Assembly (NCBI GenBank): GCA_964370965.1
Contig: CAYJLW010000001.1
Location: 23,509 to 87,508 of the forward strand
Direction: 5' to 3'
Origin: an uncultured Acidimicrobiia bacterium
GTDB lineage: Bacteria > Actinomycetota > Acidimicrobiia > UBA2766
DNA length: 64,000 nucleotides
Position numbers and translations under genes: made by a program. Below the pieces are notes generated by a model. It saw only the letters and a list, made by a program, of their open reading frames with translations. It had not been told where the DNA came from and did no database searches. This document shows, piece after piece, positions 9,385 to 18,813 of this stretch (its first letter is position 1; every line of letters starts with the position of its first letter).

Positions 9385-10929
9385 ATGGCGCACGCAAATT
9401 CGTCTCGTACCACGCTCCGGGCCCTGGTGGCCGCCACCGTGGTCGCCGGCGCCCTCGTCCTCACCGGTGTCCCGGCGAGGGCGGTCGATCCCGCCCCCGC
9501 TCCCCGGCCCAACATCGTCCTCGTCCTCCTCGACGACCAGGACGCCACGACTTCGCCCTACTGGGACGCCCTGCCCCGCACCCGGGCGCTGCTGGCCGAC
9601 CGGGGCCTCACGTTCACCAACGCCTTCGCCCCCACGCCCATCTGTTGCCCGGCCCGGGGCACGCTCCTGACCGGCAAATACGGCCACAACACCGGAGTGC
9701 TCACCAACGGAGGTCCCCAGGGCGGCTTCGAGACGTTCCGCTCGAGGGGAAACGAGGAGCGGGCGCTCCCCGTGCGCCTCTCGGATGCGGGCTACCGGAC
9801 CATGCTCGTGGGCAAGTACATGAACGGCTACGAGTCCGACCCGACCCACGTCCCGCCGGGCTGGACGGAGTGGTACGGCGCCGCCGACAACCTCTTCTAC
9901 CTGGGGTACAACTACAAGCTGAACGAGAACGGCACGCTCGTGCAGTACGGCCAGGCCGAGGCCGACTACTCCACCGACGTCGTCGCCCGCAAGACCCTCG
10001 ACTTCATAGAGCGCAGCGAGACCGACGACGAGCGGCCCTTCTTCGCGTACGTCGCCTCGACCGCCCCCCACCTGCCGCTGGGCCCTGCACCCCGACACGC
10101 CTCCAACCCCTGGACGGCGGCGAGTGTGCCCCGGACACCGAACTTCTACGAGGCCGACCTCTCTGACAAGCCCTGCTGGCTCCGCCTCTCGGGTCCGGGC
10201 CGCAACGCCACGCAGGGCTGGAACGAGATGGACTACAGGAACCGGATGGGCTCGCTCCTCGCCGTCGACGACATGGTCGCCGGTATCGTCGACACGCTCG
10301 AGGCGAACGGGGAGCTCGACAACACCTACCTCGTGTTCACCTCCGACAACGGTTACAACCTCGGCTCCCACCGCCTCGTCCACAAGATGGTCCCGTACGA
10401 GGAGTCGCTGCGGGTGCCCCTCGTCGTGTCCGGTCCCGGCGTCCCCCACGGCGCCGAGACCCGGATGGCGCTCCACACCGACTTCTTCCCGACCGCGCTC
10501 GACCTCGCCGGCGTCGCGATTCCCGACGACGTCGACGGCCGCTCCCTGGCCCCCGTCCTGCGGGGTGAGGATCCCGGTCCGTGGCGGAGCGACTTCCTCG
10601 CCCAGTACGCCGGTGGCGGGGGAGGGAACGGGATCGGCTCCGAGCTCCCGTCGCCCGTCTACTACTGGATCTTCGTGATCATCCTCGGCCAGGACGTCCC
10701 GAGCTACCGTGCCGTGCGCACCGACCACTACACGTTCGTGGAGTGGTACGACAAGGAACGCTACGGCTTCCACGAGCTCGAGCTCTACGACCTCTCCACC
10801 GACCCGTACGAACTCCAGAACCTCCTCTCCACCGCGGCCGGTCGCCGGGCGAACAGGGCACTCGTCCAGCAGCTGCGCCGGCGCATGAACGCCCTCGGGT
10901 CCTGTAGCGGCCCCTCCTGCCGGGGCTGA
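9385..10929 (+). CDS. secreted sulfatase (formylglycine-dependent arylsulfatase/N-sulfoglucosamine sulfatase family)
   Basis: Signal peptide, 'CCPARGTLLTGKYGHNTG' (the C-x-P-x-R formylglycine motif), 'LVFTSDNGY' and 'DLSTDPYELQNL'. Confidence 0.85.
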   Translation: MAHANSSRTTLRALVAATVVAGALVLTGVPARAVDPAPAPRPNIVLVLLDDQDATTSPYWDALPRTRALLADRGLTFTNAFAPTPICCPARGTLLTGKYGHNTGVLTNGGPQGGFETFRSRGNEERALPVRLSDAGYRTMLVGKYMNGYESDPTHVPPGWTEWYGAADNLFYLGYNYKLNENGTLVQYGQAEADYSTDVVARKTLDFIERSETDDERPFFAYVASTAPHLPLGPAPRHASNPWTAASVPRTPNFYEADLSDKPCWLRLSGPGRNATQGWNEMDYRNRMGSLLAVDDMVAGIVDTLEANGELDNTYLVFTSDNGYNLGSHRLVHKMVPYEESLRVPLVVSGPGVPHGAETRMALHTDFFPTALDLAGVAIPDDVDGRSLAPVLRGEDPGPWRSDFLAQYAGGGGGNGIGSELPSPVYYWIFVIILGQDVPSYRAVRTDHYTFVEWYDKERYGFHELELYDLSTDPYELQNLLSTAAGRRANRALVQQLRRRMNALGSCSGPSCRG

Positions 10930-10953
10930 GCCCGACCCGCTTCCGGATCCCCC

Positions 10954-11748
10954 CTATGCGGGCGTCCAGTCCCTGCGCATGGCGCGGCGCGCCACGGCGT
11001 CGCGGACCCTGACGGGAAGCAGGGCGCCCAGGCGGATCTGGAGGTACGTCGAGCGGGGGAACACGAGCCGGGACCGGCGGGCGAGGGCGGCGGCGTGTAT
11101 GCGTGCGGCGGCGTCCGCCGGTGTGGCCTTCGCCCCGATCTTGTAGGCGTTTCCCCGCATCATCGTCGTGTCGATGAAACCGGGGAAGACCGTAGTGAAC
11201 GTGAGGCCGCGGGGCGCGAGCTCGGAGCGGACGCTGTCGACGAGAGTGGCGAGGGCCGCCTTGCTCGCGCAGTAGGCCGCCTCGTACGGGGTGCCGGCGA
11301 GGGCGGCGAGGCTGGCCACGGCCACGACGTGGCCCCCGCCCCGCTCCAGGAGTCGGGGGGCCATGACAGCGAGGAGCACGAGGTTCGCTTCGACGTTGAC
11401 GGAGAAATGCTCCCTTGCCCGCCGCCAGTCGAGGGCGTCTGCGCGCATGGGGTGGTCGATGCCGGCGTTCGCGACCAAGATGTCGAGGGGCTGCCCGCCG
11501 GCGATCTCGTGGAGGCGGGCCTCGAGCGCGTCGTGGTCCGCGAGGTCCACGGCGTGGGTCTCGACGTCGGGGCTGGTTGCGGCGAGCTCCGCAGCGAGGT
11601 CGTCCAGGCCGGCGCCATCGCGGTCGAGCAGGACGAGTCCGGTACCGTCGGCGGCGAACAGCCGGCAGAGCTCGCGCCCCAGGCCGCCTGCGGCACCGGT
11701 GACGAGCGCCCTCTTGAAGGGGCCGCGGGGTCTTCGGTCCATGCGCAC
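10954..11748 (-). CDS. SDR family oxidoreductase
   Basis: 'ALVTGAAGGLGREL' Rossmann motif, 'NAGI', and the YxxxK catalytic pair in 'AAYCASKAA'. Confidence 0.75.
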   Translation of the reverse strand: MRMDRRPRGPFKRALVTGAAGGLGRELCRLFAADGTGLVLLDRDGAGLDDLAAELAATSPDVETHAVDLADHDALEARLHEIAGGQPLDILVANAGIDHPMRADALDWRRAREHFSVNVEANLVLLAVMAPRLLERGGGHVVAVASLAALAGTPYEAAYCASKAALATLVDSVRSELAPRGLTFTTVFPGFIDTTMMRGNAYKIGAKATPADAAARIHAAALARRSRLVFPRSTYLQIRLGALLPVRVRDAVARRAMRRDWTPA

Positions 11749-11851
11749 CTCCTGAGACCGCCAAGGCTACGGGCAAGAACGGCTCCGGTGGGTGCATGTG
11801 CGCCCGGACGTCCGGCCGCACGCGCACCCCACCGCAGGCAGGAAAGGACAC

Positions 11852-11950
11852 GAGATGAGCGAGGGAGAGCGCCCGATCGGTGATGCCGTGCCGGAGCGCG
11901 TGTTCGTGACGGGGGCGAGCGGGTTCATCGGGGGAGCGCTCGTCGCACGC
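11852..11950 (+). pseudogene. 5' fragment (33 codons) of an NAD-dependent epimerase/dehydratase gene
   Basis: RBS GGAAAGGA, then ATG and 'MSEGERPIGDAVPERVFVTGASGFIGGALVAR' (GxxGxxG Rossmann start). The frame then degenerates into the antisense of the next gene. Confidence 0.4.
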
Positions 11951-11960
11951 GACCCCACGA

Positions 11961-12000
11961 CTGGTACTGAAAAGTCGAAATACCGTCATTTCAGTACCAG
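11961..12000. repeat. Perfect 12-bp inverted repeat CTGGTACTGAAA-N16-TTTCAGTACCAG, AT-rich
   Basis: Read directly from the sequence: 40 bp at ~40% GC in a ~70% GC background, immediately after the truncated epimerase fragment. Confidence 0.55.
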
Positions 12001-12060
12001 TCGCCTCGCCCGGCCACCCGGTGGGCCGGGGTCCGCCGACCGGGGCCGCCGCCCGCGGGC

Positions 12061-13119
12061 CTACGGAGTGACGGACCAGCGCAGGGGTCGCCGGCGACGT
12101 CTCGGACGGAATCCCATGCGGCCCTCGTACCACTTGCGCACGAAGAGCAGTTCCACGCTGAAGCCCTGCTCGTCGTTCACGTAGACCACGGCCCAGGCGC
12201 CCAGGTTGAGGGGCCGCCAGTTGCCCGTCGCCCCCGCCGCGAGGCAGCGCCGGTGGGCGGCGTCGAAGGCGTCCTTGTCGTGGAAGCCGAACGCCACGTT
12301 GAGGAGCCCCTGGTCGCTGATCCGGTGTCCGTGCGGCCACGGCTGTCCGGGTGGGTCGTCGTAGTGCACGAGTTCCACGAGGACGTCGTCGGCCCAGAGC
12401 AGGACGCTGCGCCGCCGGGCGCCCTCGAGACCCCACAGCGCCTCGTGCTCGGGGCCGTGCAGCGTGACGCCTACGGCTTCACTGAGGCCGAGCGCCTCGA
12501 CGAAGAAGCGCCGGGAGGCCTCGACGTCGGGCACCGAGAGCGTCACGGAGCGGGCGGCGACGGCGACGCCGGCTCGCGGCCGGGCCCGGGGCCGGGGGGC
12601 CCGGGGATCGTCCTCCATGACCTCGACGAGGACGCCCTCGGGGTCACGCACGCAGACCCGCCGGGCGCCGACCGGCCCCACGGGATCCGACAGAGGCGGT
12701 GTTCCGGCGGCGGTGAGACCGGCTGTGGCGGCGTCGAAGTCGGCGACGTGGAAGCCCACGGTTGTGTAGCCGACGTCGCACCGGCGGCGCTCCCGGGCGA
12801 ACGGTCGTGCCAGGGGGCGCCGGAACTGAAACATCTCGAGCTGGAAGAAGTCCTGCGCGTCGACCAGCCACCAGCAGGTGGAGGCGGCCCCGGGGAGGCC
12901 CTGCACGCGAGAGGCGAGGGGTCCCCGGAACGTCCGGGTGCCACCGGAAGGCAGGTAGCCGAGGACGTCCCGGTACCAGGCGTGCGTGCGCCGCAGGTCC
13001 GTCACGCTCCACGCGACTTGGCACAGCGGCGGGGGAGAGGGGGTTGTCTCACGGGGCGCGGGGGTCGGTTCTGAGCCTCCGACCTCGCTGTCGGGGTCAG
13101 GAGAGGCGGCGGGCGGCAT
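12061..13119 (-). CDS. VOC (glyoxalase/bleomycin-resistance/dioxygenase) family protein, tandem two-domain
   Basis: Two VOC-like modules ('VAWSVTDLRRTHAWYRDVLGY...' and 'VTLSVPDVEASRRFFVEALGL...'). The start is taken at the Met at 13119; the first 33 aa of the ORF-track call look spurious. Confidence 0.55.
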   Translation of the reverse strand: MPPAASPDPDSEVGGSEPTPAPRETTPSPPPLCQVAWSVTDLRRTHAWYRDVLGYLPSGGTRTFRGPLASRVQGLPGAASTCWWLVDAQDFFQLEMFQFRRPLARPFARERRRCDVGYTTVGFHVADFDAATAGLTAAGTPPLSDPVGPVGARRVCVRDPEGVLVEVMEDDPRAPRPRARPRAGVAVAARSVTLSVPDVEASRRFFVEALGLSEAVGVTLHGPEHEALWGLEGARRRSVLLWADDVLVELVHYDDPPGQPWPHGHRISDQGLLNVAFGFHDKDAFDAAHRRCLAAGATGNWRPLNLGAWAVVYVNDEQGFSVELLFVRKWYEGRMGFRPRRRRRPLRWSVTP

Positions 13120-14103
13120 CGACGATCCTCTCCACGTTCGGCAAGGCGGCATCCTCGAGGTGGCGGGCGTAGGGAATGGTGGCCTCCGTCGCCACGCGGG
13201 CGAAGCCGCAGGCGACACCGGCCTCGGCGAGGACGGCGGCGATCTCGCCGCTGAGGCCGCCGCGGATGTAGTCCTCGTCCACGACGACCACCCGTCCGGT
13301 CGCGCGGGCGGCGCCGACGACGGCGTCGCTGTCGAGGGGGGCGACGCTGCGGAGGTCCACGACAGTAGCGTCCATGCCGTCCGCGGCGAGCTGCGTGGCA
13401 GCGCTGAGACAGCGGTGCACCCCGACGCCGAGGCTCACGAGGGCGACGTCTCCGCCGTCGCGGAGGGTTGTGGAGCGTCCCAGCGGCACCGGCTCCGGCG
13501 GTTCGGCGACCTCGCCGACGGCCCCGGATCTCGGGACGTCGAAGGCGACCGTGTCCCGGCTGGCGCCGCCGAGGTAGTCCAGCCAGTAGTCCGAGAGGAG
13601 CTTGTGTTCCAGGTACACGACAGGGCCCTCGGCGGCGAGGGCGGAGAGCATGAGGCCGGCGGCGTCGGCGGGGTTGGACGGCACCACGACGCTGAGCCCT
13701 GGGATGCCGGCGAGCATCCCCCAGAGGCTCTGGCCGTGCTGGCCGCCGTCTCCGTAGCCCGCCCCGCAGGCCGAGCGCACCACGAGGGGAGCCTGCCACG
13801 TCCCGCCCGAGAACGCCGGGAGCGGCCCGGCGTGGTTGAGGAGGGCGTCGAGGGCGACACCCAGGAAGTCCACGAGCATGATCTCCACGACGGGACGCAG
13901 GCCCGCCATCGCCGCCCCTACGGCGGCGCCGAGGAACGCCGCCTCGCTGATCGGCGTGTCGAGAACGCGCTCGGTGCCGTAGCGGACGAGGAGGTTGCGC
14001 CGGAGGAGGCGGACGTCCTCGCCGAAGACGACGATGCGGTCGTCCGCGGACATGGCGGTGTCGAGGGCGCTCTCGATGGCGGCGGCGAAGGTCGTGGTCA
14101 CGA
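13097..14103 (-). CDS. 2-oxoacid dehydrogenase E1 component beta subunit (transketolase-like)
   Basis: 'TTTFAAAIESAL...RIVVFGEDV...VLDTPISEAAFLGAAVGAAMAGLRPVVEIM'. The GTG start overlaps the alpha-subunit stop as GTGA. The 851-aa ORF in the track is a read-through fusion. Confidence 0.8.
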
Positions 14104-15139
14104 GGGGACTCCAGCGCCGGCCCGGGCGGCGGCCGCTGCCCGGGAGACCTCGGCCCCGATCCGTTCGTCGATCCGGGCAGCGACGTCGGCACCGACGAGG
14201 CGCCGGGCCCGTTCCAGGGGGTCGCGGCGCGGCAGCGAGATCTCTGCTGCCACGGCCCCGAGACGCCGGGTGAGCTCGGCGACCCCTCCCGCGCGTGCGC
14301 GGGCGGGAGCGCCCCGTGGCCGGCGGAGGGCACCGAGCAGAGGGCCGCCGACCTCCTTCGCCTGACCGGCGGGCTGCTCCAACATGCGGTGGAGCGGGTC
14401 GCCCAGGAAGTGCCCCTGCGGCCTGTGGCAGCGGGCGAGGAGGAATCCGGGGCGGCCCTTCCGGGCGCGCCGGAGGAGGTGACGGGCGGCGTGCCACACG
14501 GAGTCCACGGCGGTGCCGCTCGCTGCCTGCGTCTCGAGGCCGAACGCCCGTGCGCGCCGCACGAGGTCGCCGCCGGTGACAGCCGCCGACTTCGTCGTGA
14601 TCGCCCAGCGGCTGTCCTTGCAGACGAAGACCACGGGCAGCTCCCAGACGACGGCGAGGTTGAACGCCTCGAGCAGCATGCCCTGGTTGGCGGCACCTTC
14701 GCCGAAGAAGGCGACGGCCACCGCTCCGGGGCGGAGCCGCCGGGCGGCGAGGGCGAAGCCGCACGCCAGCGGGCCGGCAGCGCCCACGATCCCAGAGGAC
14801 GCCGCCAGGTGGTCGGGTGAGAAGAGGTGCATGTGCCCGCCCCGGCCGCGGCAGATGCCCTCGACGGAGCCGAGCATCTCCAGGAACAGGCTCACGAGGT
14901 CGACGCCGCGGGCTACGAGGGGCGGTGTGGAGCGGTGGTCGAGTGCCATGGCGTCGTTGCCGCCGAGGTGGTCGACGACACCGGCGACGACGGCCTCTTC
15001 GCCGATCCCCTGGTGGAGTTCCCCGGAGACGAGCCCCTCGCGCCACATCGCTGCCTGCTCCTCTTCGAAGCGGCGGATGCGCACCATCGTCTCGTAGAGC
15101 CGGCCCGCGTCGAACGCCGTCTTGTCTCCCATGGGCACC
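14098..15139 (-). CDS. 2-oxoacid dehydrogenase E1 component alpha subunit (ThDP-dependent)
   Basis: 'LYETMVRIRRFEEEQAAMWREGLVSGELHQGIGEEAVVAGV' and the ThDP-binding 'GEGAANQGMLLEAFNLAVVWELPVVFVCKD'. The start is taken at MVPMGDK. Confidence 0.8.
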
Positions 15140-15202
15140 ATTCTTCCCCATCTCGCGCACGGTTGGAGGCCGGAGTCCCGACCCCCGCGGTACCTTGACG
15201 TC

Positions 15203-15844
15203 ATGCTCGCCCTCACCGACTTCTCCCGTGACGCCCTCTCGATCCTGCGCCACGCCGACCAGTTCAAGTGGTACACGGTGACGCTGTTGGCCTTTGTGAT
15301 CTACGTGTACGCCAACGAGGTGGAGCGCGAGAACTGGGACGCCGTCCTCGCCGGTGTCGCCCTCTGGCTCATGGACTGGGTCAACGAGATCGTGAACGCT
15401 CTCGTTCTCCACTTCACCGATCGGGCCGCGATCTGGACCACGACGGGGCAGACGAGCTACCTCGTCCTCGTCGGCCTCACGATCGAGATCTCCTTCATGT
15501 TCTCCGTAGCCGGCGTCGTCTTCGTGAAGACCTTGCCGAAGGATCCCACGAAGAGGATCCTGGGCGTGCCCAATCGGTGGCTCTGGGTGCTCACGTGGTC
15601 CTGCTTCTGCGTGTTCGTGGAGGTCCTCCTCCACGAGACGGGCTACTTCCACTGGGAGTACCCGTGGTGGAACGTCCCGAACGTCTTGCTCATCGTGATC
15701 TTCGGGTACGGGACGTTCTTCGCCGTGGCGGCCTGGGTCTACGACATGAAGGAGCGCCGCCGCCAGGCGGAGGTGGTGGGCACCCTGGGCGGGGTCGTCG
15801 TCGCCGGCCTCGTCGTCTTCGGCCCCGTGCTCGGCTGGATCTGA
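15203..15844 (+). CDS. polytopic membrane protein of unknown function
   Basis: Multiple hydrophobic helices ('VTLLAFVIYVYA', 'LVLVGLTIEISFMFSVAGVVFV', 'WLWVLTWSCFCVFVEVLL', 'LLIVIFGYGTFFAVAAWV'). The start is taken at MLALTDF; the alternative upstream Met is at 15122. Confidence 0.5.
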   Translation: MLALTDFSRDALSILRHADQFKWYTVTLLAFVIYVYANEVERENWDAVLAGVALWLMDWVNEIVNALVLHFTDRAAIWTTTGQTSYLVLVGLTIEISFMFSVAGVVFVKTLPKDPTKRILGVPNRWLWVLTWSCFCVFVEVLLHETGYFHWEYPWWNVPNVLLIVIFGYGTFFAVAAWVYDMKERRRQAEVVGTLGGVVVAGLVVFGPVLGWI

Positions 15845-16166
15845 TGCATGGGGCCGCCCCGCTATCCCGTCGACCGGGGATCACCGGCGCGGCGCCGAAC
15901 GAGCGGGGGAGTGACGTCCTCGACTGCGCACGATGCCGACGTGATCGTCGCCGGGCGGGTCGTACCTCGACCTCGTGGGCCCGGATCACCTGCCGGCCCG
16001 GCTGCTGCGCCGCATGCCCCGTTTCCGCATGGCGGCGCCCATCTTCGTGGAGTACCTCGTCCTCGACCGCGACCTCAGGGCCGAGGGGTACGCGAACTCC
16101 AACCTGAACGCGATCGTCCCACCTCGGGACGATCGGCCGTGGCGGCGCGGCGTCCGGTGGGTGAAC

Positions 16167-16451
16167 ATGGGGGGCGCGGACAGGAGGGCATCTGTGAAGC
16201 AGAAGGGCGCGAACAAGGTCTGGAGTGTCGAGATCCTCATAGGGGAGGGCAGCGAGGAGACCGAGGCGGAGGCTGTCGTCCACCTGGGGGAGCGGCGTTT
16301 CGCGGGCTGGGGCCGGGCCCGGCGCAACCCCGTCGATCCGCAGGTGCCCCGTGTGGGCGAGGAGCTCGCGTCGGCGCGGGCGCTCGCGGATCTCGCCCAC
16401 AAGCTCTTCGAAGCCGCCGTGGAGGAGATCGACAGCTTCGAGAGAAGCTAG
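16167..16451 (+). CDS. DUF1876 (Rv2632c/Rv1738-like) small protein
   Basis: 'KVWSVEILIGEGSEETEAEAVVHLGERRFAGWGRARRNPVDPQVPRVGEELASARALADLAHKL' matches the dormancy-associated Rv2632c-like family. The start is at the internal Met of the 158-aa ORF. Confidence 0.5.
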   Translation: MGGADRRASVKQKGANKVWSVEILIGEGSEETEAEAVVHLGERRFAGWGRARRNPVDPQVPRVGEELASARALADLAHKLFEAAVEEIDSFERS

Positions 16452-16519
16452 CGCCGGCGCGGCCCCAGGGGTCGGGGCCCTGGGCGGGCGGGGCGGCGGC
16501 AGTCTCCGGAGCGAAAAAC

Positions 16520-16565
16520 ATCGACAACTGTCGATAGGTCTGCTAACGTATCGAACGGCATCGAT
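16520..16565. promoter_or_regulatory. Two 16-bp palindromes ATCGA-N6-TCGAT (16520-16535, 16550-16565) directly upstream of the arsM RBS
   Basis: 'ATCGACAACTGTCGAT' and 'ATCGAACGGCATCGAT' lie 14 bp apart in an AT-richer stretch. The RBS AAGGAGGA is at 16569-16576 and the GTG start at 16580. Confidence 0.4.
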
Positions 16566-16579
16566 ACCAAGGAGGAACT

Positions 16580-17311
16580 GTGACGGAGACCAACGAGCTC
16601 AAGGAAGCGGTTCGCGAGCGCTACGCCGTCGCGGCCCAGGCCGTCACCTCGGGCTGCTGCGGGACGACGACGTCCACCGAGAGCAACCCCTTCGGCGCCG
16701 AGCGCTACGGGGACCTCGCCGGTGAGGGCGTCCCCGAGGAGGCTCGCCTCGCCTCGCTCGGTTGCGGGAACCCCATCGCCGTGGCGGAGTTGAACCCGGG
16801 CGAGGTCGTGCTCGATCTCGGATCCGGCGGCGGCCTCGACGTCATCCTGTCCGCCCGCCGTGTGGGGCCGACAGGCAAGGCCTACGGCCTCGACATGACC
16901 GACGAGATGCTCGACCTCGCCCGCGAGAACCAGCGCAAGGCCGGCGTCGAGAACGTCGAATTCCTCAGGGGCGACATAGAGGACGTCCCCCTGCCGGACG
17001 ACTCCGTCGACGTCATCATCTCGAACTGCGTGATCAACCTCTCGACGGACAAGCCGTCCGTGCTCAAGGAGGCCCACCGGGTGCTGCGTCCCGGCGGCCG
17101 CTTCGCAGTCAGCGACGTCGTCACACGGCGGCCCTTCGACGAGGAGGAGAAGGCCGACCTGGCGTCCTGGACGGGGTGCATCGCCGGTGCCCTGACCGAG
17201 GGCGAGTACCGCGACGGCCTCCTGGCGGCGGGCTTCAGGGACGTAGAGGTCGTCTCGACGGCCGACTTCGGCCCCGACGTCTTCACGGCCGTCATCCGGG
17301 CCACGGCTTGA
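16580..17311 (+). CDS. arsM: arsenite S-adenosylmethionine methyltransferase
   Basis: '[14 protein letters not shown]', 'SGCCG', 'ESNPF', 'ASLGCGNP', SAM motif '[13 protein letters not shown]', '[13 protein letters not shown]' and 'WTGCIAGAL': the conserved As(III)-binding cysteines on a class I methyltransferase fold. Confidence 0.85.
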   Translation: MTETNELKEAVRERYAVAAQAVTSGCCGTTTSTESNPFGAERYGDLAGEGVPEEARLASLGCGNPIAVAELNPGEVVLDLGSGGGLDVILSARRVGPTGKAYGLDMTDEMLDLARENQRKAGVENVEFLRGDIEDVPLPDDSVDVIISNCVINLSTDKPSVLKEAHRVLRPGGRFAVSDVVTRRPFDEEEKADLASWTGCIAGALTEGEYRDGLLAAGFRDVEVVSTADFGPDVFTAVIRATA

Positions 17312-17313
17312 AC

Positions 17314-17340
17314 CCGGAGGGGGGAGCGACCTCCCTCCGG
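17314..17340. terminator. GC-rich hairpin between convergent arsM and nosL (candidate bidirectional terminator)
   Basis: 'CCGGAGGGGGGAGCGACCTCCCTCCGG' forms an imperfect stem-loop; there is no U-tract. Confidence 0.25.
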
Positions 17341-17389
17341 AGCCCCCCCTCTCGGAGCGTGCGCCCCGATCCGGGGTTCCGGGGCGGAC

Positions 17390-17902
17390 CTAGCCGTGGT
17401 TGTGGCCCCCGTCGGGGACCGGGGTGGCGCCGGACTGCTCCGGGCGTTCGGGGCGGGCGAGGAGCCCGTTCCAGTCCAGGACAGTGCCTCGACGCTCCCG
17501 CGCGAAGTCCGCGGCGGCGGACCTCTTCGCGAAGGCGACGACGCCCCGGCCCATCGGCGTGTCGACGGCGTCGCCGGCGACGTACCAGGCCTTCCTGGCG
17601 TCGAGCCACCTCCGGGTGCGGTAGTCGTGGACCCACGCCTTCGCCTTGTCGAGGTCGCCGGTCTTTCTGCCGTAGACGACCATGTCGCCCACGTCGTCGA
17701 AGCGTCGCTCCTTGCCGCCCGCGAGACGGTAGGCGGCGGCGAAGCGGGCTTCGGAGATGATCATGCCGCACTCGACGCACACGTCCCGGCCGTAGTTGAG
17801 CTTCGGGGGAGCGTTCGGGTCGGTGCCCCCGCACGCGGTCGCGGAGAGGCCTGCCATGAGGACCGAGGCGAGGGCGGCGACTGCGGCCCGACGCCCTCTC
17901 AC
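17390..17902 (-). CDS. nosL: NosL copper chaperone lipoprotein
   Basis: Lipobox 'LMAGLSATAC' and 'CVECGMIISEARFAAAY' (CxxCGM copper site). The GTG start overlaps the nosY stop (GTGA). Confidence 0.7.
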   Translation of the reverse strand: MRGRRAAVAALASVLMAGLSATACGGTDPNAPPKLNYGRDVCVECGMIISEARFAAAYRLAGGKERRFDDVGDMVVYGRKTGDLDKAKAWVHDYRTRRWLDARKAWYVAGDAVDTPMGRGVVAFAKRSAAADFARERRGTVLDWNGLLARPERPEQSGATPVPDGGHNHG

Positions 17903-18813
17903 ACGTCGACCCTGCGCCGGAAGAGCTGCCAGGCGGCGACGGTGGGCAGGGCCGCCCACACCACGAGGGCGCCGGCCACGAGCCAGCCCAGGGAGTCGCC
18001 GAAGCGGTCGACCGCGTAGCTGCCGGCGGGACCGAGGACGTCGAGGGAGCCGTGCAGCACGATCATGGCGAGGAGGCGGAAGGCCTCCACGGGGTTGGCG
18101 AGTACGGAGAAGAACAGGACGTTGACCGGGAGTTGCGTGGCGACCGCTGTGCCCATGATCCCGAGGTCGCCCAGGAACGTGAAGATCAGCCACACGAACA
18201 GGGCGACACCCAGCGCCGTACCGACCCGCCGGGCGAGGACGCTCACGAGCATCCCGACGCCGAGCATGGAGACGGCGAGCACCCAGGAGAAGAAGGCGAT
18301 CTCGGCGAGGACGGCCGGGTTCCAGCTCGAGGAGCGGATCGCCCCCAGGACGCCGGCGATCCCGAAACCGGCCGCCACGGCGGCGGCGAGGGCCGCCGCG
18401 GAGCCGAGGTACATGCCGAGGAAGGCCTCGGTACGGCTGATCGGGTGGCTGAGGAGGAGGCGCAGCGTCCCCCGTTCGCGCTGGCCCGCCACGCCGCGGG
18501 CCCCCAGAGTGAGGCCCATGAGGGGGATGACGAGTTGGGCGAGGGCCACCAGGGACGCCGCCGCCCGGCCGAATCCCCCAAAGGCGGCGACCTCGTCGTC
18601 GGAGAGGGCGATGAGTGCCAGCGTGCTGGCGAGCAGGGCGAAGGCGCCGGCGTAGAGCCAGAACCAGCGGTCGCGCATGGCGTCGCGGAGCTCCTTGCGG
18701 GCGATCGTGAGGATCGTCCCCCACTCGGGTCGTTCGCTCCGTATCTGCGCCGGGGACCCGCCTTCGGCCGGTACGACCGTGGTCGCGCGTTCGGTCGTGA
18801 TCTCTGTCGTCAT
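17899..18813 (-). CDS. nosY: NosY ABC-2 type permease
   Basis: Six-TM permease with 'LTIARKELRDAMRDRWFWLYA'. The start at MTTEITTE overlaps the nosF stop (ATGA). Confidence 0.75.
   Translation of the reverse strand: MTTEITTERATTVVPAEGGSPAQIRSERPEWGTILTIARKELRDAMRDRWFWLYAGAFALLASTLALIALSDDEVAAFGGFGRAAASLVALAQLVIPLMGLTLGARGVAGQRERGTLRLLLSHPISRTEAFLGMYLGSAAALAAAVAAGFGIAGVLGAIRSSSWNPAVLAEIAFFSWVLAVSMLGVGMLVSVLARRVGTALGVALFVWLIFTFLGDLGIMGTAVATQLPVNVLFFSVLANPVEAFRLLAMIVLHGSLDVLGPAGSYAVDRFGDSLGWLVAGALVVWAALPTVAAWQLFRRRVDV

Noticed and set aside
9271-10773. 500-aa minus ORF
   Set aside because: Antisense of the sulfatase gene.
13097-15652. 851-aa ORF spanning E1 beta and beyond
   Set aside because: Only the C-terminal ~335 aa are E1 beta. 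Upstream, it reads through the E1 alpha gene in the wrong frame. E1 alpha is the separate 14098-15139 ORF, coupled by GTGA.
15975-16166. N-terminal 64 aa of the 158-aa ORF preceding the DUF1876 domain
   Set aside because: No family signal, and Rv2632c-like proteins are ~95 aa. It is treated as an upstream extension, though a longer two-part protein cannot be excluded.
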